Shown: one piece after another, positions 1-7,753 of the stretch
Numbering within the stretch: position 1 is the first letter of the stretch
Layout of the letters: each line of letters opens with the position of its first letter
DNA from: Anaerohalosphaeraceae bacterium
GTDB taxonomy: Bacteria; Planctomycetota; Phycisphaerae; Sedimentisphaerales; Anaerohalosphaeraceae
NCBI GenBank assembly: GCA_963675525.2
Contig: CAXXSL010000003.1
Location: forward strand, 1 to 15,804
Length of the DNA: 15,804 nucleotides
Direction: 5' to 3'
Made by a program: the position numbers and the translations under genes
Notes under the pieces: model-generated
The model's database searches: none
The model's input: the letters and a program-made list of their open reading frames with translations, nothing else
What the model was told of the DNA's origin: nothing

Positions 1-462
1 AATTCTTTCAAGATCGAAGGCCGGATGAAAACTATTCATTACCTGGCAACTGTTGTGTCATTCTATCGCCAGGTCATCGACGGCAAAATAGTCTCGCACG
101 AAGAGGCCCTGAAACTGCTCAACCGGGTTCCCAATCGCGGTTATTCCACCGGTTTTATCAAAGGAATGGTTCAGCCCGACGACTATTCCGTCGGCAAAAG
201 TCTGTCCGGCGCCAATGCTACGTTTGTCGGCAATGTCACCGACTGCGACAACGGCGTGTCAACCGTCGAAGTCCGCAACAAGATTCACGCCGGCGACACG
301 CTCGAAGTCCTCAAACCCGACGGCAGTTTATCCGAAATCACGCTACCTGCGGAACTGACAACCTCTCACGGCGACCATGTTGATTTTGCCAATAATAGCC
401 AGTATATTATGCTGACCGAAACACTCCCGGAATATGCCATTCTGCGAAGAGTGAAATCATAA
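1..462 (+). CDS. trhP: U32 family peptidase-like protein (TrhP/YegQ-like tRNA hydroxylation protein), C-terminal part; 5' end lies outside the window
   Basis: Frame 1 is open from base 1 (NSFKIEGRMKT), which is the U32 SxKIEGRxK motif, so ATG 25 is internal. NRGYSTGF and the C-terminal FVG...VEVRNKIHAGDTLEVLKP...YAILR domain resemble YegQ/TrhP. Confidence 0.8.
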   Translation, partial: NSFKIEGRMKTIHYLATVVSFYRQVIDGKIVSHEEALKLLNRVPNRGYSTGFIKGMVQPDDYSVGKSLSGANATFVGNVTDCDNGVSTVEVRNKIHAGDTLEVLKPDGSLSEITLPAELTTSHGDHVDFANNSQYIMLTETLPEYAILRRVKS

Positions 463-479
463 ACCCTTTGTAAACGAAG

Positions 480-2201
480 ATGATGCTGAAACGATTTATC
501 AAATATTATAAACCGCATCGCGGCTTATTTACTGTAACAATGGCCGCGGCTGTCTTGGGAGCCGTTTTAACGGTCTTTATCCCTGCGGTCACTCGCCATC
601 TTCTGGATAAGTCGATTCCCAATGAAGATCTGGCCGGGATCATCCGCAATCTGATGATAATGCTGATATTGATTCTGCTGACAACCGCGATGAGCTATAT
701 CCGTGTCAAATGGGGACACATCCTCGGCGTGCGGATCGAATTCGACATGCGGGCCGAATTCTTCAGCCATCTCCAAAAACTCAGCTTCAACTACTTCGAC
801 AATGTCAAGACCGGCCACCTGATGAGCCGCATCTCCAACGACCTCGGCCAAATCGCTGAAGTCGCCCATCATGCACCCGAAGATTTGCTCATTTCACTGT
901 CACTGCTCATTGGGGCGTTTATCGCCATGTTCAGCTTCAATGCCCCGCTGGCCATCATTGCCATGATTCCGATACCATTTATGGTCGGCTGGGGTGTTTT
1001 TTACGGCGGCAGTATGCGGCGCGGGTTTCGCAACGTCCGCAAAAAGATTGCCGACATTAACAGCCGGGTCGAAAACTCGGTTCAGGGCGTGCGCGAGGTC
1101 AAATCCTATGCCAACGAAGATGAGGAAATCGACAAATTCGATATCGTCAATGTCAGCTTTCGTTCGGCGAAGGAAAAAATGTACGGCATCATGGCGGTCT
1201 TCTTTTCCGTCATGAGCCTTTTGATTGAAAGCTATTTTCTAATCGTCATCGCCGGCGGCGTCATCCTGATTCATCTGGGTCAAAATGTAACATCCGGCGA
1301 TCTGCTGGCATTTGTATTGTATGTCTATTTTATTCTTAACCCGATTCGCCGACTGGTCAATTTTGCCGAGCAGTTTCAGCAGGGAGCCGCCTGCTTCGAA
1401 CGCTTTACCGAGATCATGGATATCGAGCCGGACATCGTGGACAAAAAAGACGCCCGCACATTTAGCCCCGTCAACGGCGAGATCACGTTTGACAAGGTCA
1501 GCTTCAAATACAACCAATCGCATGACTGGATATTAAAAGACATCACCCTGACAATCCCCGCACACAAAACCATCGCCATCGTCGGCGAATCCGGCGCGGG
1601 AAAGTCCACCATCGTCTCGCTCATCCCCCGCTTCTACGAACCTGAGAAAGGAACCATTCGCATCGATGCCCATGACATCATGGATTTGAAGCAAAAGTTC
1701 CTGCGCGAAAACATCGGCATCGTTCAACAGAATGTTTTCCTGTTCGACTCGACCATTCGCGACAACATCATGTACGGCAACCCCGCCGCAACCGAGGAAC
1801 AGTTGATCGACGCCGCCCAAAAAGCCAACATCTACGACTATATTCAATCGCTGCCGGAAGGCTTCGATACGCTGGTCGGCGAGCGCGGCGTCAAACTGTC
1901 CGGCGGGCAGAAACAGCGCATTTCCATCGCGCGGGTTTTCCTGAAAAATCCGCCTGTCTTTATCTTCGACGAGGCCACCAGTTCACTCGACAGCGAATCC
2001 GAAACGCTCATTCAGCAGTCACTGACACTGCTGTGCCAAAACCGCACGACCATCATCATCGCACACCGTCTGAGCACAGTCAAAAACGCAGACTACCTGT
2101 ACGTGATGAACCACGGCCAAATGGTCGAGCACGGCACCCACAACGAACTGCTCGAAAAGAAAAACTATTACCACAAGCTCTATACCATGAATTTATTTTA
2201 A
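480..2201 (+). CDS. Type IV ABC transporter, fused permease/ATP-binding protein (MsbA/Sav1866-like half-transporter)
   Basis: Hydrophobic N-terminal TM domain; Walker A GESGAGKS; Q-loop VQQ; signature LSGGQKQR; Walker B FIFDEATSSLD; H-loop IAHRL. Confidence 0.95.
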   Translation: MMLKRFIKYYKPHRGLFTVTMAAAVLGAVLTVFIPAVTRHLLDKSIPNEDLAGIIRNLMIMLILILLTTAMSYIRVKWGHILGVRIEFDMRAEFFSHLQKLSFNYFDNVKTGHLMSRISNDLGQIAEVAHHAPEDLLISLSLLIGAFIAMFSFNAPLAIIAMIPIPFMVGWGVFYGGSMRRGFRNVRKKIADINSRVENSVQGVREVKSYANEDEEIDKFDIVNVSFRSAKEKMYGIMAVFFSVMSLLIESYFLIVIAGGVILIHLGQNVTSGDLLAFVLYVYFILNPIRRLVNFAEQFQQGAACFERFTEIMDIEPDIVDKKDARTFSPVNGEITFDKVSFKYNQSHDWILKDITLTIPAHKTIAIVGESGAGKSTIVSLIPRFYEPEKGTIRIDAHDIMDLKQKFLRENIGIVQQNVFLFDSTIRDNIMYGNPAATEEQLIDAAQKANIYDYIQSLPEGFDTLVGERGVKLSGGQKQRISIARVFLKNPPVFIFDEATSSLDSESETLIQQSLTLLCQNRTTIIIAHRLSTVKNADYLYVMNHGQMVEHGTHNELLEKKNYYHKLYTMNLF

Positions 2202-2233
2202 CCAATCTTTTCGTTTGGATTGATAGAATTTCA

Positions 2234-2274
2234 ATGGAAGAAAAAGTCGATAGCGATTATAAAACCTGCTATCG
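2234..2274 (+). promoter_or_regulatory. Possible promoter/operator upstream of the first S41 gene
   Basis: ATGGAA-N18-TATAAA (2234-2263) shares CGATTATAAA with the murC upstream region. The -10 box is flanked by a 7-bp inverted repeat CGATAGC (2248-2254) / GCTATCG (2268-2274). Confidence 0.35.
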
Positions 2275-2313
2275 CATTGAAGGACTAAAAAGCTCAAGAT
2301 TGAAGGAAACAGA

Positions 2314-4557
2314 ATGAGCCATCTGATAAACCACCGGAATATAGTGTTATGGATTGTTATTGTTGGTTTAATTAACATTTCGTTTGCTGAAAAATCAACC
2401 AACCGCTGGAAGTGTACCGGCTTGCTGGATCCGCAAACGCAATCCCAACTCGCAGGAAGAGAAAAATTTTTCGATGAATTGTTTCAATTCCCCTCGGAAT
2501 ACAAAAATGCTTCGGCCTCAGAGAAGAAAAAGCTGGAAAAGCAGTGGGTCAAAGAGTTGAACGATTCGGACCGGGAAAAAGCAACTTTAGCCGCCGCTAA
2601 TCTTGGAATTGTCAAATCAAAACCTGCAGCTCGGTATATTGAAAAAGCGGTGATCGAAAAAGGGGGACGGTTTCGCTGGGTTTGCACGCGGTCACTTGGG
2701 CAAATCGGAGCGAAAAGTTCGATCCCCGTCCTCATCGACCTGCTGGACAACCAGCAAAAAGATTCTCAAATTTACGCCAGAGTATCGCTTGCGGAAATTG
2801 CCGGCATCTACTTCGGAGACGACAAACGAGAATGGCAGGAATGGGCGGGCCTGCCCGTCGATTCGACTGTAACGGCGGAAACTTCTGATTCCAACGGTCC
2901 CAACGCAAATGAGAAACTCCAAACTGCCCGGGAAATGTTAAGGGGAACAGATAAGAATACAGTTGAGGCGCAGCGAATTTTGCTTGAACTGGCCGACAAT
3001 CCCGGTTCACTGTCACCGGCCCCACTCTGCTATGTCTATGTTTACCTGGGGTATATTGAGGATTTGGCGAATAACAGGCAAGCCGCAATGGATTGGTTCA
3101 AAAAAGCGGTTGAACTCGAAACGGTAAAACAAAACGGCATTTACAGCGTTGCCGAGCAGGGTCTGACTGCACCGGTCACCCACCTGAATCATCTCGACGG
3201 CCAAACAGGCAATTCATGGACGGGTACTGTGCGAACAGTTAGAAAAGCATCGGTCTCCAAAAACCGGCCGGAAGAATTCGGTACCCCCAAAATGAACCTG
3301 TCTGCGACAGAACGGTTGGAGAACTTCGAGGCCTTGGCCGAAGCGATCGATCAGTATTATTCATTTTTCGATTACAAAAACATTGACTGGCTCCAAATTA
3401 CAACAGAATATCGTCAAAAAATCGAAAGGGCAAAAACGAGTACAGAATTCTACCGCATATTGTATCAATTCGTAAGGGAATTACAGGACGCCCACTCCCG
3501 GCTGTGCAGTTACGACAATATTCCCAAACTCGGTCCTTATACTCCGCCAGTCGTCACTCGGCTTATCGAAGGACAGCTGACCGTCACGAACGTATTGCCG
3601 AATTCCGAAGCGTATGATAATGGCCTGCGTCCCGGTGTCATCATTACGGGAATCGACGGGAAGGACGTGCCTGAAAAGATCGAACAGATTCGCCCTTTCA
3701 TCAAAATGGTCTCGTCCGAACGAAGTTTTCGTGAAGAAGCGTATCGGCGCATCCTTTGCGGTCCAAAAGGCAGTGACGTTACTGTGCGTTTTTTCATGCT
3801 GGATGGCCAGACCAAAATCGTCCGACTTGAAAGAACGGTTTCATACAAAAAGATGGCCCCAAAACCTGATTTTCCGGTTACAAAACAGGAATATATTTGG
3901 GATGGTATCCATCCCAGCGGCTGCGGCTACATTCGCATTGTGTCGTTCGGGGGAAAACAGCAGGGCGCTGAGGAATTTGATAAGGCCCTTGAACGGCTGA
4001 AAAACACATCGGGGTTGATTCTGGATGTCCGCGACAATCCCGGCGGCTTCGGAGCAGGTCAAGAGCAAATTATTGGCCGATTTATTACGGAATCCACCAA
4101 TGTCAATATTGTCTACAAAAAGAACGGTCCCGGTCATAATGATTTCGCCGAACGTCACACGTATTATGAACCAAAAGGTACCTGGCAGTATACCAAACCG
4201 GTCATATTATTAATGGACTCCTTCACAGGCAGTGCCTCCGACTTATTCGTCTGCAGTCTGGCAAGTACCGGCCGAGTCGTCACCATGGGCACCTCCACTC
4301 ATGGCAACCTGTCCGGTACCAGTGTGTACGTTCACCTGCCCTGCGATCTGGTAGTCCGCGTGTCGGCTGGCTATATCTGCGATGCCGCCGGCAATATCAT
4401 CGAGCGAAACGGGAACGTACCGATGATACACGCCGCCTTGACCATCGCCGACATCCGCAATGGTACCGACTCAGTCATCGACCGCGCCGCCGAACAATTA
4501 CAACTTCAGGAAACAATCCTAAACAAAGAAAATTTGAAAATTAAATCCTCACATTAG
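2314..4557 (+). CDS. Secreted S41 family peptidase with HEAT-like repeats, TPR-like helix pair, tricorn C1-like helical domain and PDZ domain
   Basis: N-terminal signal peptide. HEAT-like RSLGQIGAKSSIPVLIDLL. TPR-like YVYLGYIEDLANNRQAAMDWFKKAVEL. C1-like IDQYYSFFDYKNIDW...LQDAH. PDZ SEAYDNGLRPGVIITGIDG. S41 core GYIRIVSF, LILDVRDNPGG, TGSASD, GTSTHG. Confidence 0.9.
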   Translation: MSHLINHRNIVLWIVIVGLINISFAEKSTNRWKCTGLLDPQTQSQLAGREKFFDELFQFPSEYKNASASEKKKLEKQWVKELNDSDREKATLAAANLGIVKSKPAARYIEKAVIEKGGRFRWVCTRSLGQIGAKSSIPVLIDLLDNQQKDSQIYARVSLAEIAGIYFGDDKREWQEWAGLPVDSTVTAETSDSNGPNANEKLQTAREMLRGTDKNTVEAQRILLELADNPGSLSPAPLCYVYVYLGYIEDLANNRQAAMDWFKKAVELETVKQNGIYSVAEQGLTAPVTHLNHLDGQTGNSWTGTVRTVRKASVSKNRPEEFGTPKMNLSATERLENFEALAEAIDQYYSFFDYKNIDWLQITTEYRQKIERAKTSTEFYRILYQFVRELQDAHSRLCSYDNIPKLGPYTPPVVTRLIEGQLTVTNVLPNSEAYDNGLRPGVIITGIDGKDVPEKIEQIRPFIKMVSSERSFREEAYRRILCGPKGSDVTVRFFMLDGQTKIVRLERTVSYKKMAPKPDFPVTKQEYIWDGIHPSGCGYIRIVSFGGKQQGAEEFDKALERLKNTSGLILDVRDNPGGFGAGQEQIIGRFITESTNVNIVYKKNGPGHNDFAERHTYYEPKGTWQYTKPVILLMDSFTGSASDLFVCSLASTGRVVTMGTSTHGNLSGTSVYVHLPCDLVVRVSAGYICDAAGNIIERNGNVPMIHAALTIADIRNGTDSVIDRAAEQLQLQETILNKENLKIKSSH

Positions 4558-4587
4558 TAAATATTTTACATCCGCCGAAAAGATATC

Positions 4588-4616
4588 TTGAACACCGGGG
4601 CTGATTGGATTATATA
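4588..4616 (+). promoter_or_regulatory. Sigma70-like promoter, apparently that of the murC remnant; now upstream of the second S41 gene
   Basis: TTGAAC-N17-TATATA, in the same ATCTTGAA...GATTATA context seen upstream of intact murC (7689-7719). Confidence 0.55.
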
Positions 4617-4658
4617 GGGATCCTGTTGAAAACATTTTAAAACCAGCAGGAAATTACA

Positions 4659-4710
4659 ATGACGGGTGTTTCAGGAAAAGAAATTTCATTTTTCGGCATT
4701 GGTGGGATTG
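4659..4710 (+). pseudogene. Remnant of the 5' end of a diverged murC allele
   Basis: AGGA RBS then ATG, reading MTGVSGKEISFFGIGGI (GKKFHFxGIGGI if a +1/-1 indel pair is allowed) versus MurC MNIKGKKYHFIGIGGIG. 4674-4710 vs 7766-7802 is 25/37 nt identical, and all differences within GIGGI are synonymous third positions. Confidence 0.65.
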
Positions 4711-4714
4711 CCCT

Positions 4715-4777
4715 CATACCGAACTGCTGAAAAAGAAAGAGTATTACCACAAACTCTATACGATGAATTTATTTTAA
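4715..4777 (+). repeat. Diverged direct copy of the last 63 nt of the ABC transporter gene (2139-2201), including its stop codon
   Basis: 55/63 nt identical with no gaps. Encodes HTELLKKKEYYHKLYTMNLF* versus HNELLEKKNYYHKLYTMNLF*. 4 of the 8 differences are synonymous. Confidence 0.95.
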
Positions 4778-4805
4778 CACAAGTTACAAGATAAAGAGGT
4801 CTCAT

Positions 4806-6143
4806 ATGAAATCCAAAATCGCCATCCTGTTATTTTTTGTCGGTCTTCTGTCAGCCAATACTTTCGCCAGACCGCCGAAAGCCATTAAGATATACCCTGA
4901 AAATGGTGCCACCGATGTCAAACCGGGACCGACCAAAATACGGATTCTTTTCGATCAGGATATGAGTTCCGGCGGTTACTCTCTTTGCGGCGGCGGGGAA
5001 AATTATCCGGAAATCGTCGGCCGACCCAGATGGTCGGGCAAACGGGCCTTCGTTTTTTCGGCCAACCTGAAACCGGACCATGAATATTCCTTCGGCATCA
5101 ATTGCCCTTCCGCACAAAACTTTAAAAGCGTCACCGGGGAATCCGCCGAAGTCTTGTTCGTGACATTCTATACCGCCGGCGAAGACGGAGCACCTAACCA
5201 TCAGGATACGTTGACAACCGAAGAGAACCAGGCGGCTTTTGATGCGCTGAAAGTCGCCGTGACAAAAAACTATTCTTATCGTGACTTAAAAGGACTGGAT
5301 TGGCAGGCCGTGCTGGAAGAATATAAACCGCAATTGCTGCAGGCCTCCAGTCCCGAAAAATTCGTATCCGTCGCCAAACTGGTCCTCAGCAAGGCTAAAG
5401 ACAAGCACATCTGGTTCAAGATCGGTGACAAAACGATTCCCTGTTATACCAGTCCCGTCACCCTGAACGCAAATTTCAAAATTCTAAATGAACTTGTCCC
5501 GAATCTCAAAAAAGAAAGCAACACTATTTACAGCGGCCGATTCGACGACGGCATTGGTTATATCCTCATTAATAGTTGGGCCGTTCACACAGAGAAAGAA
5601 CTGGAAGGATTTTTTGCCGCATTGAATCATTTTTCCAACGCATCCGGTCTTATCATCGACGTTCGCAGCAACGGAGGCGGAAGTGAACCCTTGGCCCGGC
5701 AGGTTGCCGGATGCTTCATCGACAAGCCAAAACTGTACGCAAAAAACATCAATGTTGACCCCCACAACCCGGGGCAATTTACGCCGGTCTATGAACGTTT
5801 TGTCCGGCCGAACAAAACAAGACCGAAATACCGCGGCAAAGTAGCCGTACTCATCGGCCCGGTCGTCATGAGCAGTTGTGAAGCGTTTGTATTGATGATG
5901 AAACAGGTACCCGGATGCACGATTATCGGTGAGCCGACACAAGGCAGTTCCGGCAATCCGCAGCCGTACGATCTGGGTAATGGAGTCACGGTATTCCTCC
6001 CGTCATGGCAGACCCTGCTGCCGGATGGGACCTGCTTTGAAGGCAAAGGCATCATGCCCGATATACCGGTTAAAGCCGGGCCTGAGCAATTTAAAAACGA
6101 CGATCCCATTATTGCTGAGGCATTAAAGCAATTACGAAAATAA
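4806..6143 (+). CDS. Secreted S41 family peptidase with N-terminal Ig-like (Big_5-type) domain, no PDZ
   Basis: GAGGT RBS. Signal peptide ending TFA. Ig-like IYPENGATDVKP...ILFDQDMS...LKPDHEY. C1-like NYSYRDLKGLDW...KDKH. S41 core GYILINSW, LIIDVRSNGGG, VMSSCE, GEPTQG, EGKGIMPD. Confidence 0.9.
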   Translation: MKSKIAILLFFVGLLSANTFARPPKAIKIYPENGATDVKPGPTKIRILFDQDMSSGGYSLCGGGENYPEIVGRPRWSGKRAFVFSANLKPDHEYSFGINCPSAQNFKSVTGESAEVLFVTFYTAGEDGAPNHQDTLTTEENQAAFDALKVAVTKNYSYRDLKGLDWQAVLEEYKPQLLQASSPEKFVSVAKLVLSKAKDKHIWFKIGDKTIPCYTSPVTLNANFKILNELVPNLKKESNTIYSGRFDDGIGYILINSWAVHTEKELEGFFAALNHFSNASGLIIDVRSNGGGSEPLARQVAGCFIDKPKLYAKNINVDPHNPGQFTPVYERFVRPNKTRPKYRGKVAVLIGPVVMSSCEAFVLMMKQVPGCTIIGEPTQGSSGNPQPYDLGNGVTVFLPSWQTLLPDGTCFEGKGIMPDIPVKAGPEQFKNDDPIIAEALKQLRK

Positions 6144-6160
6144 CTGAAAGTTCATTCGTG

Positions 6161-6189
6161 AAACAGTAAATTCCTTCCATTTACTGTTT
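6161..6189. terminator. Hairpin between convergent genes, possible bidirectional terminator
   Basis: Perfect 11-bp stem AAACAGTAAAT / ATTTACTGTTT with a 7-nt loop, overlapping the stop codon of the minus-strand gene. The stem is AT-rich, so it is not a textbook terminator. Confidence 0.45.
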
Positions 6190-7518
6190 TGCAATGCAAT
6201 ATAAATTCTTCGAACCTTTAAGATAAAGCTCATCACCGACAATGATCGGTGAGGCGTCAAAACCGTCATCCAGTTTATTTGTGGCCAGTACCTCTAAGGT
6301 ATCGGACACTTTGATAACTTTCGTTGTTCCCTTCCGGCCTACGAAATAAACACGATCCTTCACACCCACCGGTGAGGCATAAATGCCCGACAGACCCTCG
6401 AGCATCTGTTTCACATAGTTCTCTTTACCATCCTTGGCGTCGTAACAGGAGATCTCCGCTTTATTTCCTGAACAGACGTAGATCTTGTCACCCGCCAAAA
6501 CAGGAGAGGGAACATACGGGGTGTCCCGTGTTACTTTCCACACGATTGCATCTGAATTAGTCAGGTCACCCGTTTGTCCCAGCTTGATCGCATACAAAGC
6601 CGCACCGCGAAAGCCGCTGGTTAAGTAGACATTTCCAAATCCTGCCACCGATGTCGGAATCACATTATCTGTCTGACCGCCGCATGTCCAAATGACATCG
6701 CCCGTGTGCAAATCATAAGCCCGGGCAAGATTGGCGCCATTCACGATAATCTGGATCTTCCCGTCAACTTCAACCGCAATCGGAGTGGTCCAGCTTGTCC
6801 GCTCATCCCGTTCCTTTTTCCACAGCTCCTCGCCTGTCTCTTTATTAAACGCAACAATAAATGAATCTCCTTCATGATCACAAACAACAATCACCGCATT
6901 GTCGGCCACACAGGGAGAAGTGCCTTCCCCGAATCCTGCCCGTATATCCATTTTAACAAGATCTTGACTCCATTTGATATTACCCTCCATATCCAGGCAG
7001 TAGAAACCGCGAGAGCCAAAATTTGCCCAGATATGCTTGCCGTCTGTGACCGGAGAATAAGATGCAAAGCTCCCATCCGCGTGATGTCCCTGATGCGGTA
7101 ATCCCTCAGTAACAGTTTTCTGCCAGATCATTTTACCGTCTTTTCGATCAAGACATACCACGTCAAACTTATACTCACTCGTAGGCCCCTGGCTCATTCT
7201 CCGCCTGCCCCCACCCTGATCAGCGGGAGTTTCAGCTTTCACTTCTTTCGTCGGAATCGCCGTGAGGAAAATAAGCTTATCCTCCCAGACAACCGGCGTC
7301 GATAAACCGCTTCCCGGAATCGCCACTTTCCACTTAATATTCTCCGTCTCGCTCCAGGTCAAAGGAGGATTTCCCTCAGGAGCAGATCCTGTATTCACAG
7401 GCCCGCGCCAACTGGGCCAATTGGCTCCGTCCGCACCAGCGGCAAATAGTGTAAATAGATAAACAATAAAACAAGATACGAAAGTCGTTTGGGTAATTTT
7501 TTCTTTCATGATAATCAT
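6181..7518 (-). CDS. PQQ-binding-like beta-propeller repeat protein (BamB-like fold, planctomycete-expanded family)
   Basis: Signal peptide, then NWPSWRGP, WSETENIKWK, STPVVW, repeated W-docking blades (TGEELWK, TGDVIW), ASP motifs and terminal LYCI. AGGAG RBS upstream. Confidence 0.9.
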   Translation of the reverse strand: MIIMKEKITQTTFVSCFIVYLFTLFAAGADGANWPSWRGPVNTGSAPEGNPPLTWSETENIKWKVAIPGSGLSTPVVWEDKLIFLTAIPTKEVKAETPADQGGGRRRMSQGPTSEYKFDVVCLDRKDGKMIWQKTVTEGLPHQGHHADGSFASYSPVTDGKHIWANFGSRGFYCLDMEGNIKWSQDLVKMDIRAGFGEGTSPCVADNAVIVVCDHEGDSFIVAFNKETGEELWKKERDERTSWTTPIAVEVDGKIQIIVNGANLARAYDLHTGDVIWTCGGQTDNVIPTSVAGFGNVYLTSGFRGAALYAIKLGQTGDLTNSDAIVWKVTRDTPYVPSPVLAGDKIYVCSGNKAEISCYDAKDGKENYVKQMLEGLSGIYASPVGVKDRVYFVGRKGTTKVIKVSDTLEVLATNKLDDGFDASPIIVGDELYLKGSKNLYCIAKQ

Positions 7519-7557
7519 CTCTCCTGTATTTGTGGCACTAATACATTTTTTGGCGAC

Positions 7558-7586
7558 ATTATAATTAAGCGCAAAGTCCTTTTCAT
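7558..7586 (-). promoter_or_regulatory. Sigma70-like promoter for the PQQ-propeller gene
   Basis: Minus strand ATGAAA-N17-TATAAT, with the -10 box about 40 nt upstream of the start codon. Confidence 0.55.
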
Positions 7587-7691
7587 AGTAAGTATACGGA
7601 GTATCGTCTAAGGTTACAGAGAATTATGGACAAAAAAATCTTTACCTCCATATCTGTCTGACAAAACTCATGTTAAATCAAAAAAATCATC

Positions 7692-7721
7692 TTGAAAAAA
7701 ACCGCATTAGTCGATTATAAA
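7692..7721 (+). promoter_or_regulatory. Sigma70-like promoter of the murC-murB-ddl-ftsQ-like operon
   Basis: TTGAAA-N18-TATAAA, ending 32 nt before the murC ATG. Confidence 0.55.
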
Positions 7722-7753
7722 TCGATGATTAGGATTATTGGAAACCCTCATTT

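Noticed and set aside
2033..2402. ORFs 2033-2317 (+) and 2193-2402 (-) spanning the ABC-S41a spacer
   Set aside because: They overlap real genes out of frame or antisense and have no motifs.
2139..4777. Reading the 63-nt repeat pair as attL/attR of an integrase element or as a transposon target duplication
   Set aside because: No recombinase or terminal inverted repeats lie between the copies, and this model does not explain the adjacent murC remnant. Mobilisation in trans cannot be fully excluded.
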